Of a DNA stretch of 64,000 bases, positions 53,871 to 64,000 are shown piece after piece (within the stretch, counting starts at the first letter, position 1; each line of letters begins with the position of its first letter). The notes below the pieces were generated by a model that was not told where the DNA came from, did not search any database, and saw only the letters and a program-made list of their open reading frames with translations. Made by a program: the position numbers and the translations under genes. Origin of the DNA: Adineta vaga (taxonomy: Eukaryota; Animalia; Rotifera); contig CP075496.1 in NCBI GenBank assembly GCA_021613535.1, positions 8,928,001 through 8,992,000 of the forward strand, written 5' to 3'.

Positions 53871-55337
53871 ATGAAAATACGTGTGTATTTTTATTCTCAC
53901 AAAACATATAAGTGGAAAATGTTTTATAAGTCGTACAGAAATATTCTACTATTGATAACAATCTTTCTATTAAATAATAATTCAATCAATTCTTTAACAC
54001 AAACTGCTGAATTACAGTGTGGTATTTTTAACGATGAAATACTCGATCAATTTATTGAAGAAGAAATTCAACAAGGTTTTCCTGGAGCTGCTCTTAGTAT
54101 CACACAATACGGTAAAGTATTAAAACAGAAAGTCTATGGTTACAGTTTAAAATATAATGAAAATGGAAGTATAATAGATCAACCACAATTATTAACATTA
54201 TATACTATGTTTGATCTGGCTTCATTAACAAAAATGTATGCAACAAATTATGCATTAATGCAATTAGTTAGTCAAGGAAAAGTGAATGTAAATGATCCAG
54301 TCATAAAATATATTCCTCAATATCATGGTTGTAATCCAGAAAATGAATGTCGTGAAGCAAGGTTAGTTAAAGATTTACTGACGCATACAGCTGGATACGT
54401 TTCAAGTGTCTACTTTTATGATCCGAAAAAAGTTTCAGCAGATTTATATTCTCAAAATAAGATTAGAACTGAAGAGATTATTGAAACAAAATTAGGTTTT
54501 CAACGACCAAGAGGTGATGATCAATTGCCAGTTTATTCAGATATTGATTATATGCTATTGGGATTGATTGTTGAACATGTCAGTGGATTGTCAATTGATC
54601 AGTATGTAAAATTAAACATTTATCAACCATTAGGATTAACTCATACCTCGTTTAATCCTCTCGACACTGTTAACTACGAAAAATCAAATTTTGCAGCCAC
54701 AGAACTAAATGGAAACACTCGTAATAGTACTATTGATTTTCCACATATACGCACATATGTTTTACAAGGTCAAGTTCATGATGAAAAATCATTTTATTCA
54801 ATGAATGGTCTCTCTGGACATGCTGGACTATTTTCAAATTTACATGATATGACAATACTCACTCAACTTATGTTAAACAATGGTATCTATAAAAATATAC
54901 AATTCTGGAATCAAACTGTACAAGATTTATTTTTGACACCCTATTCGCCTGATCCAACATATGGATTAGGATGGCGTTTGAATTATAATAAATCGTTATC
55001 ATGGTTTGGTCTTCATGCATCTAACAAGGCTTTTGGTCATACAGGATGGACAGGAACATGTACAGTTATTGATCCAAAATGTTCACTTACCATTACGTTG
55101 CTAACAAATAAACGACATACACCATGTATCAATGGAGTTTTTGATGGTGAGAAATATGAAACAGGAAAGTATGGTAAAATAATGACATTAGTCTATGAAG
55201 CCATGCAATTAAATGAACAACAATGTTGCCAAACGACTCCAGTGAATACTGGATGTCGAAGTTTCATGTTGAATCATTTCCACTTTCTATTAATTTCAAT
55301 ATGTTTTGTGTTATACAGATTTTTTACTATTTTATAA
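53871..55337 (+). CDS. Beta-lactamase-family serine hydrolase closely resembling enterobacterial YfeW/PBP4b; signal peptide and GPI-like tail
   Basis: FDLASLTKMYATNYAL (SxxK), LLTHTAG, YSDIDYMLLG, AATELNGNTR, GQVHDEKSFYSM.G.SGHAGLFS and FGHTGWTGT; likely start at the second Met (about 53919). Confidence 0.92.
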   Translation: MKIRVYFYSHKTYKWKMFYKSYRNILLLITIFLLNNNSINSLTQTAELQCGIFNDEILDQFIEEEIQQGFPGAALSITQYGKVLKQKVYGYSLKYNENGSIIDQPQLLTLYTMFDLASLTKMYATNYALMQLVSQGKVNVNDPVIKYIPQYHGCNPENECREARLVKDLLTHTAGYVSSVYFYDPKKVSADLYSQNKIRTEEIIETKLGFQRPRGDDQLPVYSDIDYMLLGLIVEHVSGLSIDQYVKLNIYQPLGLTHTSFNPLDTVNYEKSNFAATELNGNTRNSTIDFPHIRTYVLQGQVHDEKSFYSMNGLSGHAGLFSNLHDMTILTQLMLNNGIYKNIQFWNQTVQDLFLTPYSPDPTYGLGWRLNYNKSLSWFGLHASNKAFGHTGWTGTCTVIDPKCSLTITLLTNKRHTPCINGVFDGEKYETGKYGKIMTLVYEAMQLNEQQCCQTTPVNTGCRSFMLNHFHFLLISICFVLYRFFTIL

Positions 55338-55776
55338 ATCTATCGATTATTTAAAGTAAATTAATTATTTTCATTCTAGCGCTGAAAATGATGAAATATG
55401 AAAAACTCATGTATTCAATCACATCGTTACAATAGAAAAGAAACCAAAAAATTCTTAAAATATATTTCTTTGTTTTCATAAGAAAATATCTCTTAAAATT
55501 ATTTATTAGTATCTTAGCTTCGTATCAACTTTTATTACCTGAGCTCATGATGTAAAACTATTGGAGACGTCGTTCTTTGGATTTTTTTCTAAATTTACAT
55601 TCATGCTTCCATGGAAATGAGGATGATGATGCAGATATGAATTATATGTGTGAATAAAATGCAACTCAAGTAATTTACTCTGTTGATTGAGTTTTTTTTT
55701 AAATATTAATAAAACAACAAAACAAAAAGCGATTCGTTTTTTCAAAAATGTTTTCATATAATTATGCTGATATTCA

Positions 55777-56700
55777 TTATATTACAGCTATTCTTCCATG
55801 CGGTTGTCGTTTTACTTTTCTTAACAAAAACGATTTAACCGGATCTGTTAATTGAAAAAGAGCAACCATTACGAAAGCTAATGATACATCGACAAATAAA
55901 AACGCAATTCGATAATGATATTTTGGTGGTGAAGTAAAAAATGTCATAATAATAAATAATGCATATGGAAAACCAATTGTCAATAGAATGCCAACAAGAA
56001 TAACAATTTGCTGAGCCATTTTTAATTCTCGTTGTGCTCGAATTAATGTTACTACTGGTATGACACGATCTTTTATTCGATGAACATATTTAATTAATTT
56101 ACAATAAATAAACATTATTGTTGATACAGGTATACCATAAATACATGATGCTGGATAAACTATATAGAACGATGGTACAACAGGTGTTTGACATATTTGA
56201 TTATCAACATTATAGATAACTTTTCCATTGAAGATGAATACGAATGGAAATATAATAGCAATCAACCATGTTATACAAATAATTATCGATTGACGTTTTG
56301 CTGTTTGCCAATATAAACGAGTTGGATAAACAGCAACCATATAACGATAAAAAGCTTGTACTAAAAATGAATAATTTACTAAAGCAGCAGCAACATAATC
56401 AAAATATGCTCGAACAATACATTGTGAATCTTCATATTTAATTTGTTTCAGATCATTTTTCAATGTAAAAATCGACATACTGAGTAAAACAGATGCAAAT
56501 ATAAGTACAGACATAGATGAATTAGCAAACAATAACATTGAGACAGTATGACATGTTTTATCCACAACGATAATATACAGAAAAAGAGTAGAAAGTATAA
56601 TAGCCATAATTGTGCATACTATCATGAATATATCGATAGGAATAAACCATGATTCTATTATTGGTTCTGATGAAACAATAGAAGATATTGATGATAACAT
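55777..56700 (-). CDS. Rhodopsin-like 7TM GPCR (orphan, intronless)
   Basis: 7 TM segments; QAFYRY at the DRY position; RELKM..IVILV; GFPY; TDP. Confidence 0.85.
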   Translation of the reverse strand: MLSSISSIVSSEPIIESWFIPIDIFMIVCTIMAIILSTLFLYIIVVDKTCHTVSMLLFANSSMSVLIFASVLLSMSIFTLKNDLKQIKYEDSQCIVRAYFDYVAAALVNYSFLVQAFYRYMVAVYPTRLYWQTAKRQSIIICITWLIAIIFPFVFIFNGKVIYNVDNQICQTPVVPSFYIVYPASCIYGIPVSTIMFIYCKLIKYVHRIKDRVIPVVTLIRAQRELKMAQQIVILVGILLTIGFPYALFIIMTFFTSPPKYHYRIAFLFVDVSLAFVMVALFQLTDPVKSFLLRKVKRQPHGRIAVI

Positions 56701-57871
56701 TTTCTTGCCAGATATAATTCTTAAACAATATAATGAGATATTTTATAAAGATTTTCTCAAAGAAAGGATTTATATATTTCTGAAATCTTGGACGCTGTTT
56801 TTTTTCCTTCTTTCAAAGCACGCAAATACTTCTTAATACGATTAAAATAGGTACTGTCTTCATGTCATTCCGAAAAAAAAAGAGTTTGATCCTAGACTCT
56901 ATAGGAATGTACGATCGATTGAATTGTATGAATATAGTAATAGAAAAATGTTGTGTGCAGCGCTTACTAAGTAATGAGAAATCGACACAGATCAATTCAA
57001 TTGATATAATCCTACGACTTTTGTTCTTTTGAATGTTTTATGTCAATTGAAACGCGTCATTTCTATATTAACTAATTTAACGCGTGATCAATAATAATGA
57101 TTATTTGTCTACCAGTGTGCTTAATCTATAGAGAAAGACGAAAACACGACGTTGTTCATCGGAGATACTAGATGACTAACGTAAAGACATATTTTCATTG
57201 CTACATCAAGTGTACGATATTGCATCATTTCTAGTTCTTCTTCTTCTCTTAGAAACTTTTTTCAGAACTATTCTTTTTCTCTCTCCCAAAGTTGATTAGC
57301 TGTCATTAATGTTACCATGATGATTTTGAGATGGATTGTTCTATAATTAGGTTATGCAAATTTCGCGTGATAGAAATTTGAGACGTAAATATACATATAA
57401 TTTTCATAAAAAAATAATGATAATCATGATAATGAAAGAGTGAGTCATAATTCACATTGATAAAAACAAATATAGTTGATTATAATTTATCAACATATAA
57501 ATTCTGAATGACAAAGAAAATGATTGAACTAAAAATCTTGAGATACATCATAACATTTATTTTCTTTGTTACTTTCACATGAAAATAATCTTTATATAAT
57601 AAACAACTATATAGATATTTCTCTTGGCATTTTGTTCTTAAAATTCTGCATCATTACAACGTTTTTTTTTCATATTGATGTGTCGCTGCACGTTTTACCT
57701 TGAACTTTTTAATATACTTGATTCTCTTTCTTTTTCTTTCATTGTGTTACATTTATTGATGCCTGACACACTTTCTTTTCCATTCCCTTTACTTTTCTAT
57801 TTCATCTTCATATCACCTTTGTTTGTTTCAACGGATAGTTACGCTCTCTAACAACAGACTGTCTATTAGAC

Positions 57872-58648
57872 ATGGCAGAAACACCAACAAGAACTGCGGT
57901 TCATATTCCAATAGCATCTGTACAAAATGTGATTAACTCAGTCAATAATCTTTACTTTACCGGAACAATTATCAGTATCATTTGTGTAACAGCAATTATA
58001 CCAATTACTAAGTTATGTATTGGTGCTATTTACAAAGATCAATGTCCAATACAAAGTTCAATTTCTATTTGGTTAATAACGTCTGGATTTCGAGGATTAT
58101 TCTGTATTATTATAACACTTGTTATTGTGCGTATTTCTTGATGTGAACAAGGTTTTCTTTTTCTTATTTGAATTTTTCTATTACAGTTGACTCTTGCTGT
58201 TATAACAGATCGTCGATGTAGAAAAACATCATCTAATTTATTAATGATCGTTACTTCATTGATTATAATTATATCTGCTTTCTTTAATTTTGCTTGGTCA
58301 ATTCTAGTTCGTATAACTATTTTCTTTTATTTATCTTGAATTATTATATTCAAACATAATTTTATATAGGGTATCTATTGGTCCCTATCAATTCGATCAA
58401 CTGTTCAACATAAAGATTCAATGCAAACCAAGACATACTGTCACTCAACACCACATACTTTCACCATGATTATTTCACTTTTTCAAGCAATGACTATCAT
58501 AATATTTATTTTTATATGTGTTATCTATGCTCGTCGAGATCTGCCAGCAATAGTTACCTATTCAGATACTCAAATAACAGATCAATCTCATAAACAATAT
58601 CGACTCTATGTTATAATTTTCATTTTATCATTCATTTTTCTTACATAG
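57872..58648 (+). CDS. TMEM272-like four-TM protein, multi-exon
   Basis: IGAIYKDQCPIQSSISIWLITSG, later FNFAWSIL/GIYW and TYCHS..FTM segments separated by short introns. Confidence 0.7.
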
Positions 58649-58787
58649 ATATTACTTCTACGTTTTTTTTTATGCAAGAGAAAAGAAACAACTATTTTCA
58701 TTTATTAATGCAGTTAATTTGCAGTGATGTTTTCTCTCTTCTATTATACTAACAGTATTTATGTATGGCATATAAACTAAACTAAAA

Positions 58788-58805
58788 ATATATATATATA
58801 TATAT
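58788..58805. repeat. (TA)n microsatellite
   Basis: Directly visible. Confidence 0.8.
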
Positions 58806-58996
58806 TTGTTTCTATCGTTACAAAAAAAACAAGTAAAAAAAAGAAATATTATTTAAATAGGATGGCCTCTCATCATTACAATAAAACATATTATATGAGA
58901 TAAACAAAAGATGTATCTTTCTTATCTTTTCTTCTAAATGTCTCGAGAAGACTAAGAAAATCATAGAAAAAATTAACATTGTGGATTTTCTTTTAA

Positions 58997-61766
58997 ATGT
59001 TACTCTATCTATTTGTGTTTCTTATATCTTTACGCAACGTTTGGTCAGTTGGACTGCAACCATACAGTCTACGAACACAGAGTCTACATGATCCTCTTGG
59101 AATTGATGTAGAAATACCTTTGCTCACCTGGCGTATACGCAGTTCAACGAACAATCGTGGTGTCAACCAAGAAGCTTATCAAATTCGATCTGCTCATCAG
59201 GAAGAAGACTTATATCGTAATCCATTGTGGGATTCTGGAAAAGTCTTGTCTGATTCTGCAGCAGTTTCTTGGGCGGGACCAAAATTGAGTTCTAGAGAAA
59301 GAATTTGTTGGCAAGTACGTCTTTGGGATACTGACGGGCAGATATCCGAATGGAGCAATGTATCATTATTTGAAATTGGTTTAAAAAATACAAAAGATTG
59401 GGATCCAGCGGTTTGGATTGAGAATAAAGAGTATGTGACTGACAATACGTCACTTCCATACTTCATCAAACGTTTTACAATTTCTAACACAATATTGAGT
59501 GCTCGATTGTGGATTGTTGGATTAGGACAATACATAGTAACAATGAATGGACAATCGATTACTAGTGCTGTTCTCAATCCAGGATATTTTGATTGGAATA
59601 AAACGATTGAATATTCAACCTATAATGTCACAATTCCGCTTAGAAATGGAGATAATGTTTTAGGTGTAGCATTGGGAAAAGGTATTTATAGAGCAGAGAA
59701 ACCATTAGGAGAACGCTATTATAAATTTCTAACAATGCCACATCCCATGAAATTGATTGCACAATTACAATTGAATTATACAGATAAAAGTAGTCAAACG
59801 ATTGTGTCAGATTCGAGTTGGTTAACTACTGTAACTGGTCCTTTACTTGAATCGAGCTGGTATGGTGGTGAAGAATATGATGCACGAAAAGAATTATTGG
59901 GTTGGGATACATCAACATACGATCATTCGACATGGAAAATGGCAGATATCTCTAGTATACCAAACCGTAATGCAACATATCGTGCACGAGAATGTCCTCC
60001 CATTCAATTAGTCGAAGAAATTGCTGCCGTTTCGGTTACCGATCAAGGTCATGATACGTATGTCTTTGATTTTGGAGTGAATCATGCTGGCTGGCCAGAA
60101 TTGTCGATGAGAGGCACTCGTGGAACAACTATCACTATGCGACCAGCTGAACTACTCAAATCAGATGGAACAATCAATCAAATCACTGAAGGAACTCCTA
60201 TTTATGATCGTTATACTTTTTCAGGTAATGGTACCGAAAAATATACTCCTACTTTTCGGTATGTTCAAATTATTAGGTTTTAACTATTAAAAAAATCAAT
60301 ATTAATCGTTTCTGTATAGATATCATGGTTTTCGATATTTACAAGTAGAAAATTTGACTTATAAACCACAAATCACTGATTTGAAAAGTTATACATTACG
60401 TGTCAATAATGATGTGGCCGGTACATTCAATAGTTCTATTGAACTTTTAAATCGTATTCATAAGATAGTTGATCGTGCTGTACAAAGTAATATGCAATCT
60501 GTATTTACAGATTGTCCACATCGAGAAAAACTTGGTTGGCTCGAAGAAACTCATCTAGTTTTTCCTGCCATACAACGTTTCTATGATATTCAAGCACATG
60601 GTCGTTCAGTTGTTCGTCGTATAGCTGAAGCTCAATTGAGCAACGGAATGGTGCCTTCCATTGCACCTGAATATCCTATTTTTAGTGGTGCTTTTCGAGA
60701 TGAACCAAATTGGGGAAATAGTATTATTCTTCTTCCATTATACTTATATCAATCATATGGTGAAAAAGCATTACTAGAAGAATTCTATTCTAATATGGTC
60801 GCATGGCTTAATTATCTAACTTCACATGCAAATGATAACATTATATCATATGGTCTTGGAGATTGGTGTGCAATTGATCAATCAACTCCTCTTGGAGTTA
60901 CAGGTACTTATGGATATTGGATGTCTGCAAATGGTTTAGCGACAATTGCAAAAGCTTTAAATAAGACAATTGATGCTCAGAAATATTCAGATTTAGCCCT
61001 GAATATTTCATTTGCCTTTCATAAAACTTTTTTCAATGACACTACTCATACTTACGCTACTGGTAGTCAAGCTGCTGATGTATTTGCCTTGGAAATGGGT
61101 GCTGTACCTCCTGCAGAACAAGAAAATGTACTTGCCCATCTGATTAATGATATCCGTCAACGTATTAATCATACTTCTTCTGGTGAAGTTTCGCTACCAT
61201 CTTGGTTTCGAGTATTGAGTCATTATGGACATGATGATATCGTCTATGATTTTCTTTCACGCACAGACAGTCCCAGTTATGGTTATGCTATACTTCATGG
61301 TGCAACATCACTCACCGAAGATTGGGATGGTCCTGTTCCAGCTAGAGGACAACAATTGAGTAGTCAGAATCATTTTATGTTTGGTGCAGTCGATGAATGG
61401 TTTATGCGTTCTCTTGCTAGTATACAACAAGCTGCTGATTCGATAGACTATCGTATCCTACATATCAAACCAGCATTTGTTGGTGATATTAGTTTTGTAG
61501 AAGCAACTTATATGACTACTAGAGGACGGATTAGAACTGAATGGAATCGAATTGGACTACGTTTCATTCTAAAAGTTACTATTCCCCATGGATCTATTGC
61601 TTATGTTCATATACCGGGGTCGAATGCAACATCGAACTATGGAACATTGGTTGATGCTTTCAGTACAAAGAAAATGACAGTATTTAAAATTGAAAGTGGA
61701 AGCTATACATTTAAATCGATTATACTAATCAATGAAACTGCTGATCAAGAAATAAATTTGTATTAA
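58997..61766 (+). CDS. Secreted alpha-L-rhamnosidase (GH78), microbial-type, one intron
   Basis: Signal peptide; LWDSGKV, GEEYDAR, DFGVNHAGW; intron 60259-60319 restores FRYHGFRY; TDCPHREKLGWL, LGDW, GATSLTEDW and SQNHFMFG. Confidence 0.95.
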
Positions 61767-62108
61767 TTTTCAATCAGTTACCGAACTAAACATACTATTA
61801 GATACTGATGATAGATAAATTCTAATTGAAATGAAAACCGATAGAATTTTTTTTCTTTCTTAGAATTTGATCGTATCGGAAATTTACGAGTATCAGGGTA
61901 TTGAAGACATTGCGCACAAAAAATGGCTATCAATAAAGATTGCCGTCTAAGTGTGTACTCTAAAAAAGATATTGCAATAAACATAATTGATAGTTCTGAA
62001 CTTAGTTTTCTTCTATTTCAATCATTCTAGCTCATGTATATTGAATCAACACAGAAAAAGAAAAGGTCACTCGTCTAAAATCATTCTTCGTGATACATTT
62101 TTCATTTG

Positions 62109-62960
62109 TTATTTTATTAATCTATTCTTGGTCATCCAATCAACAGCAAAATCCACTAATAGATGTTGTTTTATTAATCGACATTCCGCTAATCCGACTT
62201 TACCTAACTTCGTATTTCCATCTATTGAATCAAATGCCTTGCCAACATCAATAAAATCATCAGCACAATAATCATAATCCATCCATTCAATCCATTCACG
62301 TTTGTTTGTTTCGGGATTTATTACTGCAGCACCACATGAACACTTCTTCTCAGCATTCTCATTGATTTGAAAACGATATTCTGCTAAATGCAATGAAGTA
62401 TTATTTTTATGTTGAACACCTAATAACAATACGTAGCCATTATTTGTACAATCATATAGACGAGCTAATGGAGATTGTTCGCCACAAGCATCATAATGAT
62501 GATCTGTGATCAATTGTGCTTTTTCACCAAGAGCAATTACTGAATAGAGAGGATGTTGACTACGTACCACGCCGGGCCAATGACGAAATGTTTCCGAAAC
62601 TTTACCCATTCTAAATGTTGGAGTTATATCAGATTGATAACCTGGTATTGATTGACGAACAGTATCGAACCATTCGAGTGGTATAAATGGATTGATTCTA
62701 TGTTTGGGGTCTGAATTATCAGCAGTATGAGATGGCATAATAAGAGTTCCATGAGGACCTAATATATCTAATAATACTTGAATAATAGTAACAGCTCCAC
62801 CACAAATCCAACCTATTTTTGATAAAGAACAGTGCACTAATAATGTCATGCCATATGTAATACCAAGTTTTTGAAAATCATCTCTTAATCGTTCAGCCGT
62901 TAAACATGTACCAAATGTTTCATGTGTTTTAGCAATTAAGTTACGTTCTTTCTCACTCAT
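62109..62960 (-). CDS. Aminoglycoside N3-acetyltransferase family protein (AAC(3)/YokD, Antibiotic_NAT), intronless
   Basis: LLVHCSLSKIGWICGG, GTLIMPSHT, MGKVSETFR, RSQHP, SPLARLY and LLLGV..NNTSLHLAE. Confidence 0.93.
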   Translation of the reverse strand: MSEKERNLIAKTHETFGTCLTAERLRDDFQKLGITYGMTLLVHCSLSKIGWICGGAVTIIQVLLDILGPHGTLIMPSHTADNSDPKHRINPFIPLEWFDTVRQSIPGYQSDITPTFRMGKVSETFRHWPGVVRSQHPLYSVIALGEKAQLITDHHYDACGEQSPLARLYDCTNNGYVLLLGVQHKNNTSLHLAEYRFQINENAEKKCSCGAAVINPETNKREWIEWMDYDYCADDFIDVGKAFDSIDGNTKLGKVGLAECRLIKQHLLVDFAVDWMTKNRLIK

Positions 62961-64000
62961 TTTCTACAAAAAAAAGCAAATATTTGTTATAATACTGGCT
63001 ATGTGTTGTCTCTCTCATAAATAATTGTGTAGACAACTATAAGAAGACAATTTGAAATAGAGCAAGTGATAATGATGAATTACTCATTGTATTTGTGTTC
63101 TATTTTACTTTTGGGCATTAAATATATAACGAAAAGTGCTTCTTATCGTTTATCTTCAACGCGATTTGATGTGTAAGAATAGAAAAAAAACGTGAGAACG
63201 ACTAGCAATGAGGCAGCATTTATCTTTTGTTTTTATCATAGTATAAAAAAACACATTATTTCATCATCGTAATGAACTAATTTGTCAGTTACGGAAATCT
63301 ATGGTGGAATTTTGATGATTTTTGTATATATCAGGCGTTTAAGTTAGAGATGAATAAATAAATTTAGATACTGAAAATAAGTAAATCATACGAAAACTCA
63401 AATACGATGTTAGAAGATAAGCATCTTTCTGTTCGTAATGGATACGTGTAGAAACAATCAGTCATTTGTACCGAACATACGTCAAATTTCTTTTCGGTTA
63501 TGATGAAAAGGAAAAAGGAGAGAAATAAAAATGTTTACCTATATAAGAAACTCAAACAGTTTCCATCCCATATGAGATACGGAGAATTTTCTTAGAACTA
63601 GTTGATATTCCTTGTTACCATCGAAAGTATTAGCACAATTTCAATTTCTTTTCTTTGTTTGCTAATATCTCGATAGATTTCGTTCCGAAGGTGTCTCTTT
63701 ATTTCTCAATTATCATTATATTTCATCTCAAATCGTTTCTTATGAACAACTCAAATCACATATTGCTTACGATATATCAGTATTTTAGTTTCTGTTAACA
63801 ATACTTCGACATTTTCTACATGGAACATAATAATTGGAAAATGGCATTGATTATAAACAACTGAACGAAACAAGAATCTATGCTGATCCTGTGTCGTTAT
63901 CCAATAGTGGCATTTCTTCAATCAACATCCGAATGTTTACATGTTTGGATAGCTCTCGATATGACGATGTTCTTCTCTTTAATCAACTGATGATCGAAGA

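Noticed and set aside
63500-64000. Possible degraded minus-strand exons at the window end
   Set aside because: Stops in all frames and no identifiable domain; truncated by the window edge.

Overview
AT-rich eukaryotic DNA, not prokaryotic: many genes are split by short (about 45-70 bp) GT..AG introns that restore the reading frame. The gene repertoire combines metazoan genes (sigma GST, three orphan 7TM GPCRs, SLC16 transporter, F-box, MAM, LU/three-finger, TIR-SAM, TMEM272-like) with membrane-anchored NHL and Kelch proteins and many bacterial- or fungal-like enzymes. That mix strongly suggests a bdelloid rotifer (inference; no search was run). Probable foreign-origin genes: a caspase-family C14 domain, GT25, a heparinase II/III-like lyase, an LtaS/sulfatase-like enzyme, a GpgS-like GT, a cupin, a Delta24-sterol-reductase-like FAD oxidase, a GH19 chitinase/endolysin, a YfeW/PBP4b-like serine hydrolase, a GH78 rhamnosidase and an AAC(3)/YokD acetyltransferase. 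Several have gained introns, signal peptides or GPI-like tails. The region is also rich in decaying genes (NHL, ART, DHX8, VWA). Top leads: (i) a prokaryote-type compatible-solute (glucosyl/mannosyl-glycerate) synthase interrupted by one in-frame TGA; (ii) a secreted or surface-tethered set of bacterial wall/glycan-degrading and antibiotic-modifying enzymes; (iii) intact immune-type pseudoenzymes (TIR E-to-Q, caspase lacking its catalytic Cys). No rRNA, tRNA or CRISPR array was recognised.
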